Source of the DNA: Pseudomonas aeruginosa
Lineage (GTDB): Bacteria; Pseudomonadota; Gammaproteobacteria; Pseudomonadales; Pseudomonadaceae
Length of the DNA stretch: 32,000 nt
Assembly: GCF_001457615.1 (NCBI RefSeq)
Contig: NZ_LN831024.1
Location: 450,001 to 482,000, forward strand
Direction of reading: 5' to 3'
The first letter of the stretch is position 1. Every line of letters begins with the position of its first letter. Below are positions 1-9,587 of the stretch, in pieces. The notes below the pieces were generated by a model. It did not search any database. It was given only the letters and a program-made list of their open reading frames with translations, and was not told where the DNA came from. The position numbers were made by a program, and so were the translations under genes.

Positions 1-1
1 C

Positions 2-2722
2 CTCAAGGGCGGTGCGCGGATGGCCGAGATCGGCGAGATCGGCGACCTCGCCCATGAGCTTGAATTCCTCTACGAAGGCCTCTGCGGTGGACGCCTGCGC
101 GCCAGCCCGGCCTTGTTCGGCCTGCTGCAGCGCTGCCACGACGAGCTGGCCGAGATGCTCGAGGCGGTGCGTGGCCACCGCACGCTGCCCGACGGGCAGG
201 CGCTGATCGCGGAGATCAGGCGCCTGCGCAGCGATCCCGACGAGCAACTGAGCGTACCCACCAGCGTCAGCCTCAAGCCGCTGGCGGCGAAGGGCGCGGC
301 GGCCGACGAGAGCGAGATCCTCGACATCTTCCTCGAGGAAGCCGACGACCTGCTGGAGAACCTCGAACTGGCGCTCGGCCGCTGGGACGGCGGCAACGGC
401 GACGCCCAGCCGCTGGACGACCTGCTGCGGATCCTGCACACCCTCAAGGGCGGTGCGCGCCTGGCCGGACAGACCGAGCTGGGCAACCTGGCCCACGACC
501 TCGAGCAGCATCTCACCGATGCGCAGCAACAGGGCGCGCCGTGGCCGGACAGCCTGCTGCTGGATGCGCAGTCGGGGCTGGAAGGCCTGCAGCGGCAGGT
601 CGACCTGTTGCGCGAGCGGCTGGCCGAGGACGACGAGGCCGGTGAGCGGCCCGAGCCCGCCCAGGCGCTGGTCCAGGCCGACGATACCGACCGCGCGGTG
701 GCCTCCGCGCTGGCCGAGCTGACCCGCCTGGCCCCGGCGGCCGGCGCGATCATGGCGGCCGAGGCGGCGCCTCCGGCCGCCCCGGCCACCACCCTGCCGT
801 TCGTGCGCAAGGCCCAGGAGGCGGCCCAGGAGGCCGCTTCCCGACGTGCCCCGCAGGAGCTGGTGAAGGTGCCGGCGGAACTGCTGGAGAACCTGGTCAA
901 CCTGGCGGGCGAGACCTCGATCTTCCGCGGCCGGGTCGAGCAGCAGGTGAGCGACGTCGGCTTCACCCTCGGCGAGATGGAGTCCACCATCGAGCGGGTG
1001 CGCGACCAGTTGCGCCGCCTCGACACCGAGACCCAGGCGCAGATCCTCTCGCGTCACCAGGCCGATGCCGAACGCGCCGGCTACGAAGAGTTCGACCCGC
1101 TGGAAATGGACCGCTATTCGCAGTTGCAGCAGCTCTCGCGCGCACTCTTCGAATCGGCCTCCGACCTTCTCGACCTGAAGGAAACCCTGGCGGCGAAGAA
1201 CCGCGACGCGGAGACCCTGCTGCTGCAACAGGCGCGGGTCAACACCGAACTCCAGGAAGGCCTGATGCGCACCCGCATGGTGCCGTTCGATCGGCTGGTA
1301 CCGCGTTTGCGGCGGATCGTCCGGCAGGTGGCCGGCGAGCTTGGCAAGCAGGTCGAATTCGTGGTCGGCAACGCCGACGGCGAGATGGATCGTACCGTCC
1401 TCGAACGCATCGTCGCGCCGCTGGAGCACATGCTGCGCAACGCCGTGGACCACGGCATCGAGTCCGGCGAGACGCGCCGCGCGGCGGGCAAGCCGGAGCA
1501 CGGTACGATCCGCCTGAACATCGGCCGCGAGGGCGGCGACATCCTCCTCACCCTCTCCGACGACGGCGCCGGCATCCGCCTCGATGCGGTACGGCGCAAG
1601 GCCATCGAGCGTGGCCTGATGAGCGCCGACAGCGACCTCAGCGATCATGAAGTGCTGCAGTTCGTGCTCGAGTCCGGTTTCTCCACCGCCGAAAAGGTCA
1701 CCCAGATCTCCGGGCGCGGCGTCGGCCTCGACGTGGCCAACTCCGAGGTCAAGCAGCTCGGCGGCTCGGTGAGCATCCAGACCGAGCCGGGCCAGGGCAC
1801 CCGCTTCAACGTGCGGCTGCCGTTCACCGTGTCGGTGAACCGGGCGCTGATGGTGCTATCCGGCGAGGATCTCTACGCGGTGCCGCTGAACACCATCGAG
1901 GGCATCGTGCGGGTTTCGCCCTACGAACTGGAGGCGCTCTACGACCAGCGCGGCGAGGCGGGGCTGGATACGCCCAGCTTCGAATACGCCGGGCAGTCCT
2001 ACGAACTGAAGTACCTCGGCGAGCTGCTGAACAACGGCCAGGAACCCAAGCTGGTCGGCCAGTCGCTGCCCTTGCCGGTGATCCTGGTGCGCTCCTCGGA
2101 GCATGCGGTGGCGGTGCAGGTCGACTCGCTGGCCGGTTCCCGCGAGATCGTGGTGAAGAGCCTCGGTCCGCAGTTCGCCGGGGTCGCCGGGATTTCCGGG
2201 GCGACCCTGCTCGGCGATGGCCGGGTGGTGGTGATCCTCGACCTGCTGGCGACCATCCGCTCCCGGCACGCGCTGCTCGGCCAGGAAAGCCGTCGCGAAC
2301 GCCTGGCGCTGCGCCAGGAAATGGCGGCGAGCGAAAGCGAGCAGCAGCGGCCGCCGCTGGTCATGGTGGTGGACGACTCGGTCACCGTGCGCAAGGTCAC
2401 CACCCGCCTGCTGGAGCGCAACGGCATGAACGTGTTGACCGCGAAGGACGGCGTGGACGCCATCGCCCAGCTCCAGGAGCACCGTCCGGACATCCTCCTG
2501 CTGGACATCGAGATGCCGCGCATGGACGGTTTCGAGGTCGCCACCCTGGTGCGCCACGACGAGCGCCTGGGCAACCTGCCGATCATCATGATCACCTCGC
2601 GGACCGGCGAGAAACACCGCGAGCGCGCGCTGGGCATCGGCGTCAACCAGTACCTCGGCAAGCCTTACCAGGAAACCGAGCTGCTCGAAGCCATCCAGTC
2701 CCTGGTCGGCCAGCATGAGTGA
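2..2722 (+). CDS. chpA: ChpA, CheA-type hybrid histidine kinase of the Pil-Chp chemosensory system (5'-truncated by window edge)
   Basis: Frame 2 is open from the window edge. The first codons, LKGGAR, complete an Hpt HTLKGGAR motif, so the true start lies upstream. A second Hpt motif follows ([24 protein letters not shown]). The kinase core is present (N box [13 protein letters not shown]1 DDGAGI, G2 GRGVGLD), then a CheW-like domain and a C-terminal receiver (VMVVDDS...[12 protein letters not shown]...GKP). High GC3. Confidence 0.95.
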   Translation, partial: LKGGARMAEIGEIGDLAHELEFLYEGLCGGRLRASPALFGLLQRCHDELAEMLEAVRGHRTLPDGQALIAEIRRLRSDPDEQLSVPTSVSLKPLAAKGAAADESEILDIFLEEADDLLENLELALGRWDGGNGDAQPLDDLLRILHTLKGGARLAGQTELGNLAHDLEQHLTDAQQQGAPWPDSLLLDAQSGLEGLQRQVDLLRERLAEDDEAGERPEPAQALVQADDTDRAVASALAELTRLAPAAGAIMAAEAAPPAAPATTLPFVRKAQEAAQEAASRRAPQELVKVPAELLENLVNLAGETSIFRGRVEQQVSDVGFTLGEMESTIERVRDQLRRLDTETQAQILSRHQADAERAGYEEFDPLEMDRYSQLQQLSRALFESASDLLDLKETLAAKNRDAETLLLQQARVNTELQEGLMRTRMVPFDRLVPRLRRIVRQVAGELGKQVEFVVGNADGEMDRTVLERIVAPLEHMLRNAVDHGIESGETRRAAGKPEHGTIRLNIGREGGDILLTLSDDGAGIRLDAVRRKAIERGLMSADSDLSDHEVLQFVLESGFSTAEKVTQISGRGVGLDVANSEVKQLGGSVSIQTEPGQGTRFNVRLPFTVSVNRALMVLSGEDLYAVPLNTIEGIVRVSPYELEALYDQRGEAGLDTPSFEYAGQSYELKYLGELLNNGQEPKLVGQSLPLPVILVRSSEHAVAVQVDSLAGSREIVVKSLGPQFAGVAGISGATLLGDGRVVVILDLLATIRSRHALLGQESRRERLALRQEMAASESEQQRPPLVMVVDDSVTVRKVTTRLLERNGMNVLTAKDGVDAIAQLQEHRPDILLLDIEMPRMDGFEVATLVRHDERLGNLPIIMITSRTGEKHRERALGIGVNQYLGKPYQETELLEAIQSLVGQHE

Positions 2723-3746
2723 GCGCGTCACGCCACGGGTCGCGGTGATCGCCGACACCTCGTTGCAGCGCCATGTGTTGCAACAGGCGCTGCTCGGCCA
2801 TGGTTACGAGGTGGTGCTCAACGCCGACCCGGCCAGGGTCGACGACGCCGCGCTGGAGTGCGCGCCCGACCTGTGGCTGGTGGACCTGACCCAGCAGGAC
2901 GACTCGCCGCTGCTGGACAGCCTGCTGGAGCAGGACCGTGCGCCGGTGCTGTTCGGCGAGGGCCACGCGCCGGAGCGGCATACCGAACATTACCCGCGCT
3001 GGGAGCGGCGGCTGATCGGCAAGCTGAAGCGCTTGATCGGCGACCCCAGCGATGGCGTTGGCGACAGCCTCGGCGCATTGCTCGACGAGGAGCGTCCGCC
3101 GCGCCTGGAGATTCCCGGCGACCTCGCGGCGATGCCGCTGCAGGCCGGCGAAGCGGCCCGCGAGGTGTGGCTGCTGGCGGCCTCGCTCGGCGGCCCGGCG
3201 GCGGTGAAGGCATTTCTCGACGCCTTGCCCGGCGGCCTGCCGATCGGCTTCCTCTATGCCCAGCACATCGATGCCAGCTTCGAGCAGAACCTGCCGCAGG
3301 CAGTCGGCCGGCACAGCCAGTGGCATGTGAAGAACGTCCGCGACGGCGAAGCGCTGCGTTGCGGCGAGGTCATGGTGGTGCCGGTGCTGCACGAGCTCGG
3401 TTTCCACCACGACGGGCGACTGAAATGCAGCCAGCGTTCCTGGCCGGAACCCTACACCCCGTCCATCGACCAGATGATGCTCAACCTGGCCCAGCAGTTC
3501 GGCCCCGACTGCGGGGTGATCGTTTTCAGCGGCATGGGTAGCGACGGCAGCGCCGCTGCCGCCTACGTGCGGCGCCAGGGTGGCGAGGTATGGACCCAGC
3601 GCGCCGACAGTTGCGTCTGTTCGAGCATGCCGGACAGCTTGCGCGAAGCCGGTTACAGCAGTTTCAATGCCAGCCCCCGCGAACTGGCCGAGGCATTGGT
3701 CAAGCATCTGGCCGCACGCTGCGCGCCGACAGGAGTCGAAACATGA
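2715..3746 (+). CDS. chpB: ChpB, CheB-like protein-glutamate methylesterase with N-terminal receiver-like domain
   Basis: 343 aa. The ATG overlaps the chpA stop (ATGAGTGA, 2715-2722), indicating translational coupling. CheB signatures are present: AASLGGP (active-site Ser), YAQHID, GMGSDG. Confidence 0.93.
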   Translation: MSERVTPRVAVIADTSLQRHVLQQALLGHGYEVVLNADPARVDDAALECAPDLWLVDLTQQDDSPLLDSLLEQDRAPVLFGEGHAPERHTEHYPRWERRLIGKLKRLIGDPSDGVGDSLGALLDEERPPRLEIPGDLAAMPLQAGEAAREVWLLAASLGGPAAVKAFLDALPGGLPIGFLYAQHIDASFEQNLPQAVGRHSQWHVKNVRDGEALRCGEVMVVPVLHELGFHHDGRLKCSQRSWPEPYTPSIDQMMLNLAQQFGPDCGVIVFSGMGSDGSAAAAYVRRQGGEVWTQRADSCVCSSMPDSLREAGYSSFNASPRELAEALVKHLAARCAPTGVET

Positions 3747-4249
3747 ACCAGGCCGTGATCGAGCAGGATGGCATGAGCCGGAACACCCCAGCCAACCCGA
3801 CCCCGGACAGCCTCACCGGGCTGCTCCTGCCGCTGAGCGACCGCACCCTGCTGTTGCCCAACGTCGCCGTGGCCGAACTGATCGCCTATCGCAACCCGCA
3901 GGTCGCCGCCGGCCTGCCGCAGTGGTACCTGGGCCAGGTGGCCTGGCGCGACCTGCGCCTGCCGCTGCTGTCCTTCGAGGCGGCCTCCAGCGGCGAACAG
4001 CAGCCGGTGCTCGGCAGCAGCGCGCGGGTGGTGGTCATCAACGCCCTCGGCGGACGACCCCATGTGAAGTTCCTCGCCCTGCTGGTGCAGGGCATTCCGC
4101 GCTCGGTGCGGCTGGACGCCAATCTCGCTAGCACCGCCGCGCCGCTGGCGGCGCTGGAACTGGCGGCGGTGGACATCGGCGGCGAAACCGCACGGATTCC
4201 GGACCTGGCCGGGCTCGAAGAGAAGCTCGCCGACGCCGGCCTGATCTGA
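3743..4249 (+). CDS. chpC: ChpC, CheW-like coupling protein
   Basis: The ATG at 3743 overlaps the chpB stop (ATGA). It gives a 168-aa single CheW-like domain. The ORF-track start at 3590 lies inside chpB and is rejected. Confidence 0.9.
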   Translation: MNQAVIEQDGMSRNTPANPTPDSLTGLLLPLSDRTLLLPNVAVAELIAYRNPQVAAGLPQWYLGQVAWRDLRLPLLSFEAASSGEQQPVLGSSARVVVINALGGRPHVKFLALLVQGIPRSVRLDANLASTAAPLAALELAAVDIGGETARIPDLAGLEEKLADAGLI

Positions 4250-4256
4250 GCCGTCC

Positions 4257-5051
4257 ATGGCCGGCCTGCAGCACGCGCGGATCGGCGCCTCCCTCGAGGT
4301 CGCCAGCGCCAGCCTGGCCGGGCACCGCTTCGAGAAGCACAGCCACGACGAGTTCGTCATCAGCGCCAACCTCTGCGGATTGGAAGATGTCTGGCTGGAT
4401 GGCCGTACCTTCCAGGCCGACAGCGGCGACCTGACCCTCTACAACCCGGGGCAGATCCAGGGCGGCGGCGTCCGCGACGGCCAGCCCTGGCGCTTCGCCA
4501 GCCTCTATCTGCCTGCCGCCGAACTGGCGAGCAGCCTGGATCTTTCCTCCGTCGAGTTCGACCGCCCGCTGCTGCGCAGTCCGGCGCTGGGCCGCGAGTT
4601 GGCCGCCAGCATCGAAGCCTTGCTGGCCAGCGACCGTTTCGCCCGCGAACGGGGCGAGGAGCGCCTGCTGGATTTCCTTGGCCGCCTGCTGGCGGCGAGC
4701 GGCACCCGCCTGCCGCAGAGGGCCGATCCTGGGCGCCCGGCTGTCGCCCGCCTGCAGGCGCTGCTCGCCGAGCGCCTGGCCGAACCGCCGGACCTGGATG
4801 AGATGGCGGAGCAGGTGGGCCTGTCGAAATACCACCTGCTGCGGGCGTTCAAGAAGGCCACCGGGCTCAGCCCGCGCCAGTGGAGCATGCAACTGCGCAC
4901 CCGCCGCGCCCTCGGCCTGTTGCGCCGTGGCCTGGCGGTGGGCGAGGTGGCCCACGCCCTGGGCTTCGCCGATCAGAGCCACCTGACCCGTTACTTCACC
5001 AGCGCCTACGGCATTTCGCCGGGCCGCTACCAGCGCGCCGTGCGCGGCTGA
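4257..5051 (+). CDS. chpD: ChpD, AraC-family transcriptional regulator
   Basis: 264 aa, starting 7 nt after the chpC stop. The C-terminus carries an AraC double HTH (LDEMAEQVGLSKYHLLRAFKKATGLSPRQW ... VAHALGFADQSHLTRYFTSAYGISPGRY). Confidence 0.9.
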   Translation: MAGLQHARIGASLEVASASLAGHRFEKHSHDEFVISANLCGLEDVWLDGRTFQADSGDLTLYNPGQIQGGGVRDGQPWRFASLYLPAAELASSLDLSSVEFDRPLLRSPALGRELAASIEALLASDRFARERGEERLLDFLGRLLAASGTRLPQRADPGRPAVARLQALLAERLAEPPDLDEMAEQVGLSKYHLLRAFKKATGLSPRQWSMQLRTRRALGLLRRGLAVGEVAHALGFADQSHLTRYFTSAYGISPGRYQRAVRG

Positions 5052-5126
5052 ACTGCGCAATCCGGTTCAAGTCGGCGGAGCCGCCGGCCGGGATAATCCG
5101 ACGTCCCACCACGGAGTCGTCGTTCC

Positions 5127-5738
5127 ATGCTCGCCATCTTCCTCGCCGCCTTGCTGTTCGGTTTCGCCTTCAATGTTTCCCCTGGCGCGGTGTTCAGCGA
5201 AACGCTGCGCCGCGGTTTGACCGGCGGCTTCCGCCCGGCGTTGCTGGTGCAACTGGGGTCGCTGATCGGCGATGCCGTCTGGGCCCTGCTCGGGCTTACC
5301 GGACTGGCGCTGCTGCTGGGCTACGAGCAGGTGCGGATTCCCCTGACCCTGGCCTGTGCCGCCTACCTGGCCTGGCTCGGCGTGCAAGGCTTGCGCGACG
5401 CCTGGAGTCCGCCGCTGGCGGCGGAGGATGCCGGCGAGCAGGGGCGCAACGCCTTCGGCGCCGGCGCGGCGATCTCCCTGTCCAATCCGAAGAACGTGGT
5501 CTACTGGGGTGCCCTCGGCAGCGCCCTGGCGGGGATCGTCGACGGCACGCCGAACCAGGCGCAGTCGCTGGTGTTCTTCGCCGGTTTCATGCTCTCGTCG
5601 CTGATCTGGTGCTTTTGCTGCGCGGCGCTGGTGGACTGGCTGCGGCGCAACACCTCGCTGTTCTGGCACCGCGTCAGCTACGCCGGTTGCGGCGTGCTCC
5701 TGCTCGGCCTGGCGGGACTGGCGCTGCGCGGGCTGTAG
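5127..5738 (+). CDS. chpE: ChpE, LysE/RhtB-family small-molecule exporter
   Basis: 203 aa, strongly hydrophobic with about 6 predicted TM segments and LysE-type length and N-terminus (MLAIFLAALLFGFAFNVSPG). ACGGAG lies 10 nt upstream of the ATG. Confidence 0.9.
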   Translation: MLAIFLAALLFGFAFNVSPGAVFSETLRRGLTGGFRPALLVQLGSLIGDAVWALLGLTGLALLLGYEQVRIPLTLACAAYLAWLGVQGLRDAWSPPLAAEDAGEQGRNAFGAGAAISLSNPKNVVYWGALGSALAGIVDGTPNQAQSLVFFAGFMLSSLIWCFCCAALVDWLRRNTSLFWHRVSYAGCGVLLLGLAGLALRGL

Positions 5739-5745
5739 ACGCGCC

Positions 5746-7161
5746 TCAGGCCGGCGCCAGGCGCCGCCGCAGCAGGCGTTGGCGCAGGCTTTCGAACCTG
5801 CCGAGGTCGACATGCCGGGCATGGTCGCCGACGACGATCCGGCCGTCGGGCAGCTCCGCCCAGTGCTGTAGTCCGCCCTCCAGGTCCAGTTCGCCGTAGC
5901 GGATGCGCAGCGCCCGGCCGGATTCGAGGTGCCAGAGCTGGGCGAGGTCCCGCGAGCGATGCGGTTCCAGCCACGGCGCCAGGAGCAGCCAGCCTCCGTC
6001 CAGGGCCTGGAGCTTCAGGTAGGGGCCTTCGGCCAGGCCGTCCAGCGAGTGGCTGCGGATCTCGCCGCTGTCGAGCCGGCCTTCGCAGAGCGTTTCACGC
6101 TCCAGCCAGACGATGGTCCCGGGCGCCGCCGAGGTCGGTTGCGCCGGATCGGCGGGCAGATCCTTGCCGACGGGGAACGGCAGGGGCTGGATGCGTGCCT
6201 CGCGCCATTCGAAGAACTGCCCGCGGGAGAGCAGGCAGACGCGCTGGTCCGGAGTGGTGAAGACCGCCGGCGGATTCTCGATGGAGCGCCGCGCTTGCGG
6301 CACGTCGAAGAGCAACCGCGGTTCGTCGTTGCCCTGGGCGAAGCCCGGATAGAGGAAGAACAGGCCGCGGTCGGCCAGGAGCAGGTCGTTCCCGGCCAGG
6401 CCGATGGCAAGTTCCGGGGTGCGGCGTTGGCGCAACGACTGCGCCGGCGGCAGCGGCAAGGGCGGTAGTTCGGGCGTCAACGAGGCGAGGTCGCGGGAGC
6501 GATGCAGCCAGGCGTAGGGGCTTCCCGAACGGGTCATCCTGACCCAGGCGTGCAGGCCGTCCGCCGAACTGGTCCGGCAGAGCAACGCGCCCTGGGTTTC
6601 CTCCGCGCCATCGGGCAGGCGTTGCAGCCTGGGCCATTGGCGCAGGTCCAGCAGGTCGCGGCTGTCCTCGCCCGGCAGGCGGGCGATGGCCAGGCCGGGC
6701 GCCAGGTGCTCGGCGTGTTCGAGGCAGATGTAGGCCGAAGCCGGCGCCAGGCCGGCCGGCGCGGCGGCGGGGAGGGCCGCCCGGGCGCCCTCGGGGGCGT
6801 TTTCCTGGCGCAGCGTGCGGGCGTTGTGGCCCTGCGCTGCGAGTGCATCGAGGAGGCGCTGGCTGTGGGGGGCGCCGACCACGTACAGGTTCAGGCTGTC
6901 GTCTTCGTCCAGGCGTTCCACCAACGCCAGTCCGAGGGATTCCAGCTCCTGGCCGAGGGCTGGCAGGAAATCCTCGGGAAGGTCGTCGCGCAGGCGCTCC
7001 AGCAGCGTCTCCAGTGCGGCGGAGGCCAACTGCGGGAAGCGTCCGGCATAGTCTCGGCGGAGTACGCCGAGCACGTCGGGCAGGCGGATCTTCCAATCGA
7101 AGGTAACGGGCGTGTCCATGCGTGCGATCCGTTGCGAAGTGGGTTGCGCAACGGTATTCAC
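5746..7161 (-). CDS. Hypothetical protein with no domain I recognise (remembered as PA0418)
   Basis: 471-aa ORF with strong GC3 bias, typical of real genes here. Its stop is 7 nt from the convergent chpE stop. The track start is a GTG at 7161 with no clear SD, and an in-frame ATG at 7119 (MDTPVTFDW) is an alternative start. It contains a threefold (H)RSRDL-type internal motif. Confidence 0.75.
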   Translation of the reverse strand: MNTVAQPTSQRIARMDTPVTFDWKIRLPDVLGVLRRDYAGRFPQLASAALETLLERLRDDLPEDFLPALGQELESLGLALVERLDEDDSLNLYVVGAPHSQRLLDALAAQGHNARTLRQENAPEGARAALPAAAPAGLAPASAYICLEHAEHLAPGLAIARLPGEDSRDLLDLRQWPRLQRLPDGAEETQGALLCRTSSADGLHAWVRMTRSGSPYAWLHRSRDLASLTPELPPLPLPPAQSLRQRRTPELAIGLAGNDLLLADRGLFFLYPGFAQGNDEPRLLFDVPQARRSIENPPAVFTTPDQRVCLLSRGQFFEWREARIQPLPFPVGKDLPADPAQPTSAAPGTIVWLERETLCEGRLDSGEIRSHSLDGLAEGPYLKLQALDGGWLLLAPWLEPHRSRDLAQLWHLESGRALRIRYGELDLEGGLQHWAELPDGRIVVGDHARHVDLGRFESLRQRLLRRRLAPA

Positions 7162-7195
7162 TGGCTGTCGCCGTTGTAAAGCGGCGGGAGGGATA

Positions 7196-7918
7196 TCAGG
7201 CGAAGTCGCCCCAGAGTTGCTGGGCCACCGCCAACGCTACCACCGGCGCGGTCTCGGTGCGCAGCACTCGCGGGCCGAGGCGCGCGGAGTGGAAACCGGC
7301 CGCCTGAGCCTGCTCCACCTCGGCATCGCTCAGGCCGCCTTCGGGACCCACCAGGAAGGCCAGGCGCGACGGCGGCGCATGGCTGGCCAGGGGGGCGGCC
7401 ACAGGGTGCAGGACCAGCCTGAGGTCATCGTCCCGCCCGCGCAGCCAGTCCTCCAGGGCCAGAGGCGGATGGATCAGCGGCAGGCTCGAACGGCCGCACT
7501 GCTCGCAGGCGCTGATCGCCACCTGGCGCCAGTGCTGCAGGCGCTTGTCGGCGCGCTCGTCCTTCAGGCGCACTTCGCAACGCTCGCTGACGATCGGGGT
7601 GATTTCCGCCACCCCCAGCTCGGTGGCCTTCTGGATCGCCCAGTCCATCCGCTCGCCGCGCGACAGGCCTTGCCCCAGGTGGATACGCAGGGGCGAGTCG
7701 GGCTGGCCGGCGAACTGCTCGCGGAGTTCGACGCGGACATTCTTCTTGCCGACCTCGACCAGCTCGCCGAGGTATTCCCGGCCGCTGCCGTCGAACAGTT
7801 GCACGGCGTCGCCCGTGGCGTGCCGCAGCACGCGGCCGATGTAGTGGGCCTGGGCCTCGGGCAGGTCGTGCTGGCCGAGGGAGAGAGGCTGGTCGACGAA
7901 GAAGCGGGACAGGCGCAT
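7196..7918 (-). CDS. rsmE: 16S rRNA (uracil1498-N3)-methyltransferase RsmE
   Basis: 240 aa from the ATG at 7918 (MRLSRFFVDQPLSLGQHDLPEAQAHYIGRVLR...), ending in a SPOUT C-terminus (LGPRVLRTETAPVVALAVAQQLWGDF). The ORF-track extension to 8842 runs in another frame across the 3' part of bioA and is Arg/Pro-rich junk. Confidence 0.9.
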   Translation of the reverse strand: MRLSRFFVDQPLSLGQHDLPEAQAHYIGRVLRHATGDAVQLFDGSGREYLGELVEVGKKNVRVELREQFAGQPDSPLRIHLGQGLSRGERMDWAIQKATELGVAEITPIVSERCEVRLKDERADKRLQHWRQVAISACEQCGRSSLPLIHPPLALEDWLRGRDDDLRLVLHPVAAPLASHAPPSRLAFLVGPEGGLSDAEVEQAQAAGFHSARLGPRVLRTETAPVVALAVAQQLWGDFA

Positions 7919-8010
7919 GGCGATTCGAGGGTAGTGGCGACAGGCGCGCAGTTTACTGCCTGCCGCGGGGCGCTGGAACCGGCCCCCTCGGAACGAAGGG
8001 GCGGCGACGG

Positions 8011-9414
8011 TCAGCCCGGATCGCGGTGGTCCGGGTGGAAGTCGCTGACCGCCACGCTGACCGCGTCGCGGGTGGCGATGTCGATGCCTTCGCTGGCCAC
8101 CTCGGCGAGGAAGTCGATCTGCTCCGGGGTAATCACGTAGGGCGGCAGGAAATACACCACGCTGCCCAGCGGGCGCAGCAGCGCGCCGCGCTCCAGGCCA
8201 TGCTGGAAGACCTTCAGGCCGCGGCGCTCCTGCCAGGGGTAGGGCGTCCTGGATGCCTTGTCCTGGACCATTTCGATGGCCAGGACCATCCCGGTCTGGC
8301 GCACCTCGGCGACATGCGGGTGGTCGGCCAGGTGCGCGGTGGCCCTGGCCATGTGGGTGGACAGCGCGCGGTTGGCCTCGATCACCTTGTCTTCCTCGAA
8401 GATGTCCAGGGTCGCCAGGGCGGCGGCGCAGGCCAGCGGGTTGCCGGTATAGGTGTGCGAGTGGAGGAAGGCGCGCAGGGTCTGGTAGTCGTCGTAGAAG
8501 CCCCGGTAGACGGTCTCGCTGGTCAGCACCGCGGACATCGGCAGGTAGCCACCGGTGAGGGCCTTGGACAGGCAGAGGAAATCCGGGGCGATGCCGGCCT
8601 GCTCGCAGGCGAACATCGTCCCGGTGCGGCCGAAGCCCACCGCGATCTCGTCGTGGATCAGGTGCACGCCATAGCGGTCGCAGGCTTCGCGCAGCAGCTT
8701 GAGGTAGACCGGGTGGTACATGCGCATGCCGCCGGCGCCCTGGATCAGCGGTTCGACGATGACCGCGGCGATCTCGTCGTGCCCTTCGGCCAGGGTGCGC
8801 TCCATGTGGGCGAACATGTTCCGCGAATGTTCTTCCCAGCACATGCCGTCCGGACGCAGGAAGCAGTCCGGGCTGGGCACCTTGATGGTGTCGAGCAGCA
8901 GCGACTTGTAGGTTTCGGTGAACAGCGCCACGTCGCCCACCGACATCGCCGCGATGGTTTCGCCGTGGTAGCTGTTGGTCAGGGTGACGAAGCGCTTCTT
9001 GCGCGGCCTGCCGCTATTGAGCCAGAAGTGGTAGCTCATCTTCAGCGCGACCTCGATGCCCGCCGAGCCGCTGTCGGCGTAGAACACTCGGTCGAGCCCC
9101 GGCGGGGTGATCTTCACCAGTCGCTCCGACAGCTCGATCACCGGCTGGTGGCTGAATCCGGCGAGGATCACGTGCTCCAACTGGTCGACCTGGTCCTTGA
9201 TGCGCTGGTTGATGCGCGGGTTGGCGTGACCGAACACATTGACCCACCAGGAACTGACCGCGTCGATGTAGCGCTTGCCTTCGAAATCCTCCAGCCAGAC
9301 GCCTTCGCCGCGGCGGATCGGGATCACCGGCAGGCGTTCGTGGTCTTTCATCTGGGTACAGGGATGCCAGAGTACGTTCAGGTCGCGCTGCATCCAGTCG
9401 GCGTTAAGGCCCAT
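8011..9414 (-). CDS. bioA: Adenosylmethionine-8-amino-7-oxononanoate aminotransferase BioA
   Basis: Class-III PLP aminotransferase (LIHDEIAVGFGRTGTMFACE; SKALTGGY carries the PLP lysine). I chose the ATG at 9414 (MGLNADW...) because GAGGAG lies 7 nt upstream. The track start at 9441 would add 9 aa and has no RBS. Confidence 0.93.
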   Translation of the reverse strand: MGLNADWMQRDLNVLWHPCTQMKDHERLPVIPIRRGEGVWLEDFEGKRYIDAVSSWWVNVFGHANPRINQRIKDQVDQLEHVILAGFSHQPVIELSERLVKITPPGLDRVFYADSGSAGIEVALKMSYHFWLNSGRPRKKRFVTLTNSYHGETIAAMSVGDVALFTETYKSLLLDTIKVPSPDCFLRPDGMCWEEHSRNMFAHMERTLAEGHDEIAAVIVEPLIQGAGGMRMYHPVYLKLLREACDRYGVHLIHDEIAVGFGRTGTMFACEQAGIAPDFLCLSKALTGGYLPMSAVLTSETVYRGFYDDYQTLRAFLHSHTYTGNPLACAAALATLDIFEEDKVIEANRALSTHMARATAHLADHPHVAEVRQTGMVLAIEMVQDKASRTPYPWQERRGLKVFQHGLERGALLRPLGSVVYFLPPYVITPEQIDFLAEVASEGIDIATRDAVSVAVSDFHPDHRDPG

Positions 9415-9587
9415 GGGCTGTCTCCTCGGATCGATCGGCAAAGCCTATGCAATGGGGGTGAGATGAACAACCCGGCGGGTTGGGACACATCCGACAGCAG
9501 CCGCCGACGGACTCCTATGGTGGCCCAAACGGCTCTGGCGTATGCTGCGCGCCGTTGCGTCTTTGCTTTTTTCCTGGGGAGTCCGGT

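Noticed and set aside
1-459. 18-nt exact direct repeat, considered as possible mobile-element ends or target duplication
   Set aside because: Both copies are in frame within chpA and encode the same Hpt motif. Domain duplication explains them fully.
7919-8842. Upstream extension of the rsmE ORF to 548 aa
   Set aside because: It runs through the 3' part of bioA in a different frame and is Arg/Pro/Gly-rich. The recognisable RsmE sequence begins at MRLSRFF (7918).
9415-9587. Expected BirA/bio operator upstream of bioA
   Set aside because: I could not find TTGTAAACC-type half-sites on either strand, so I do not annotate a bio operator here.
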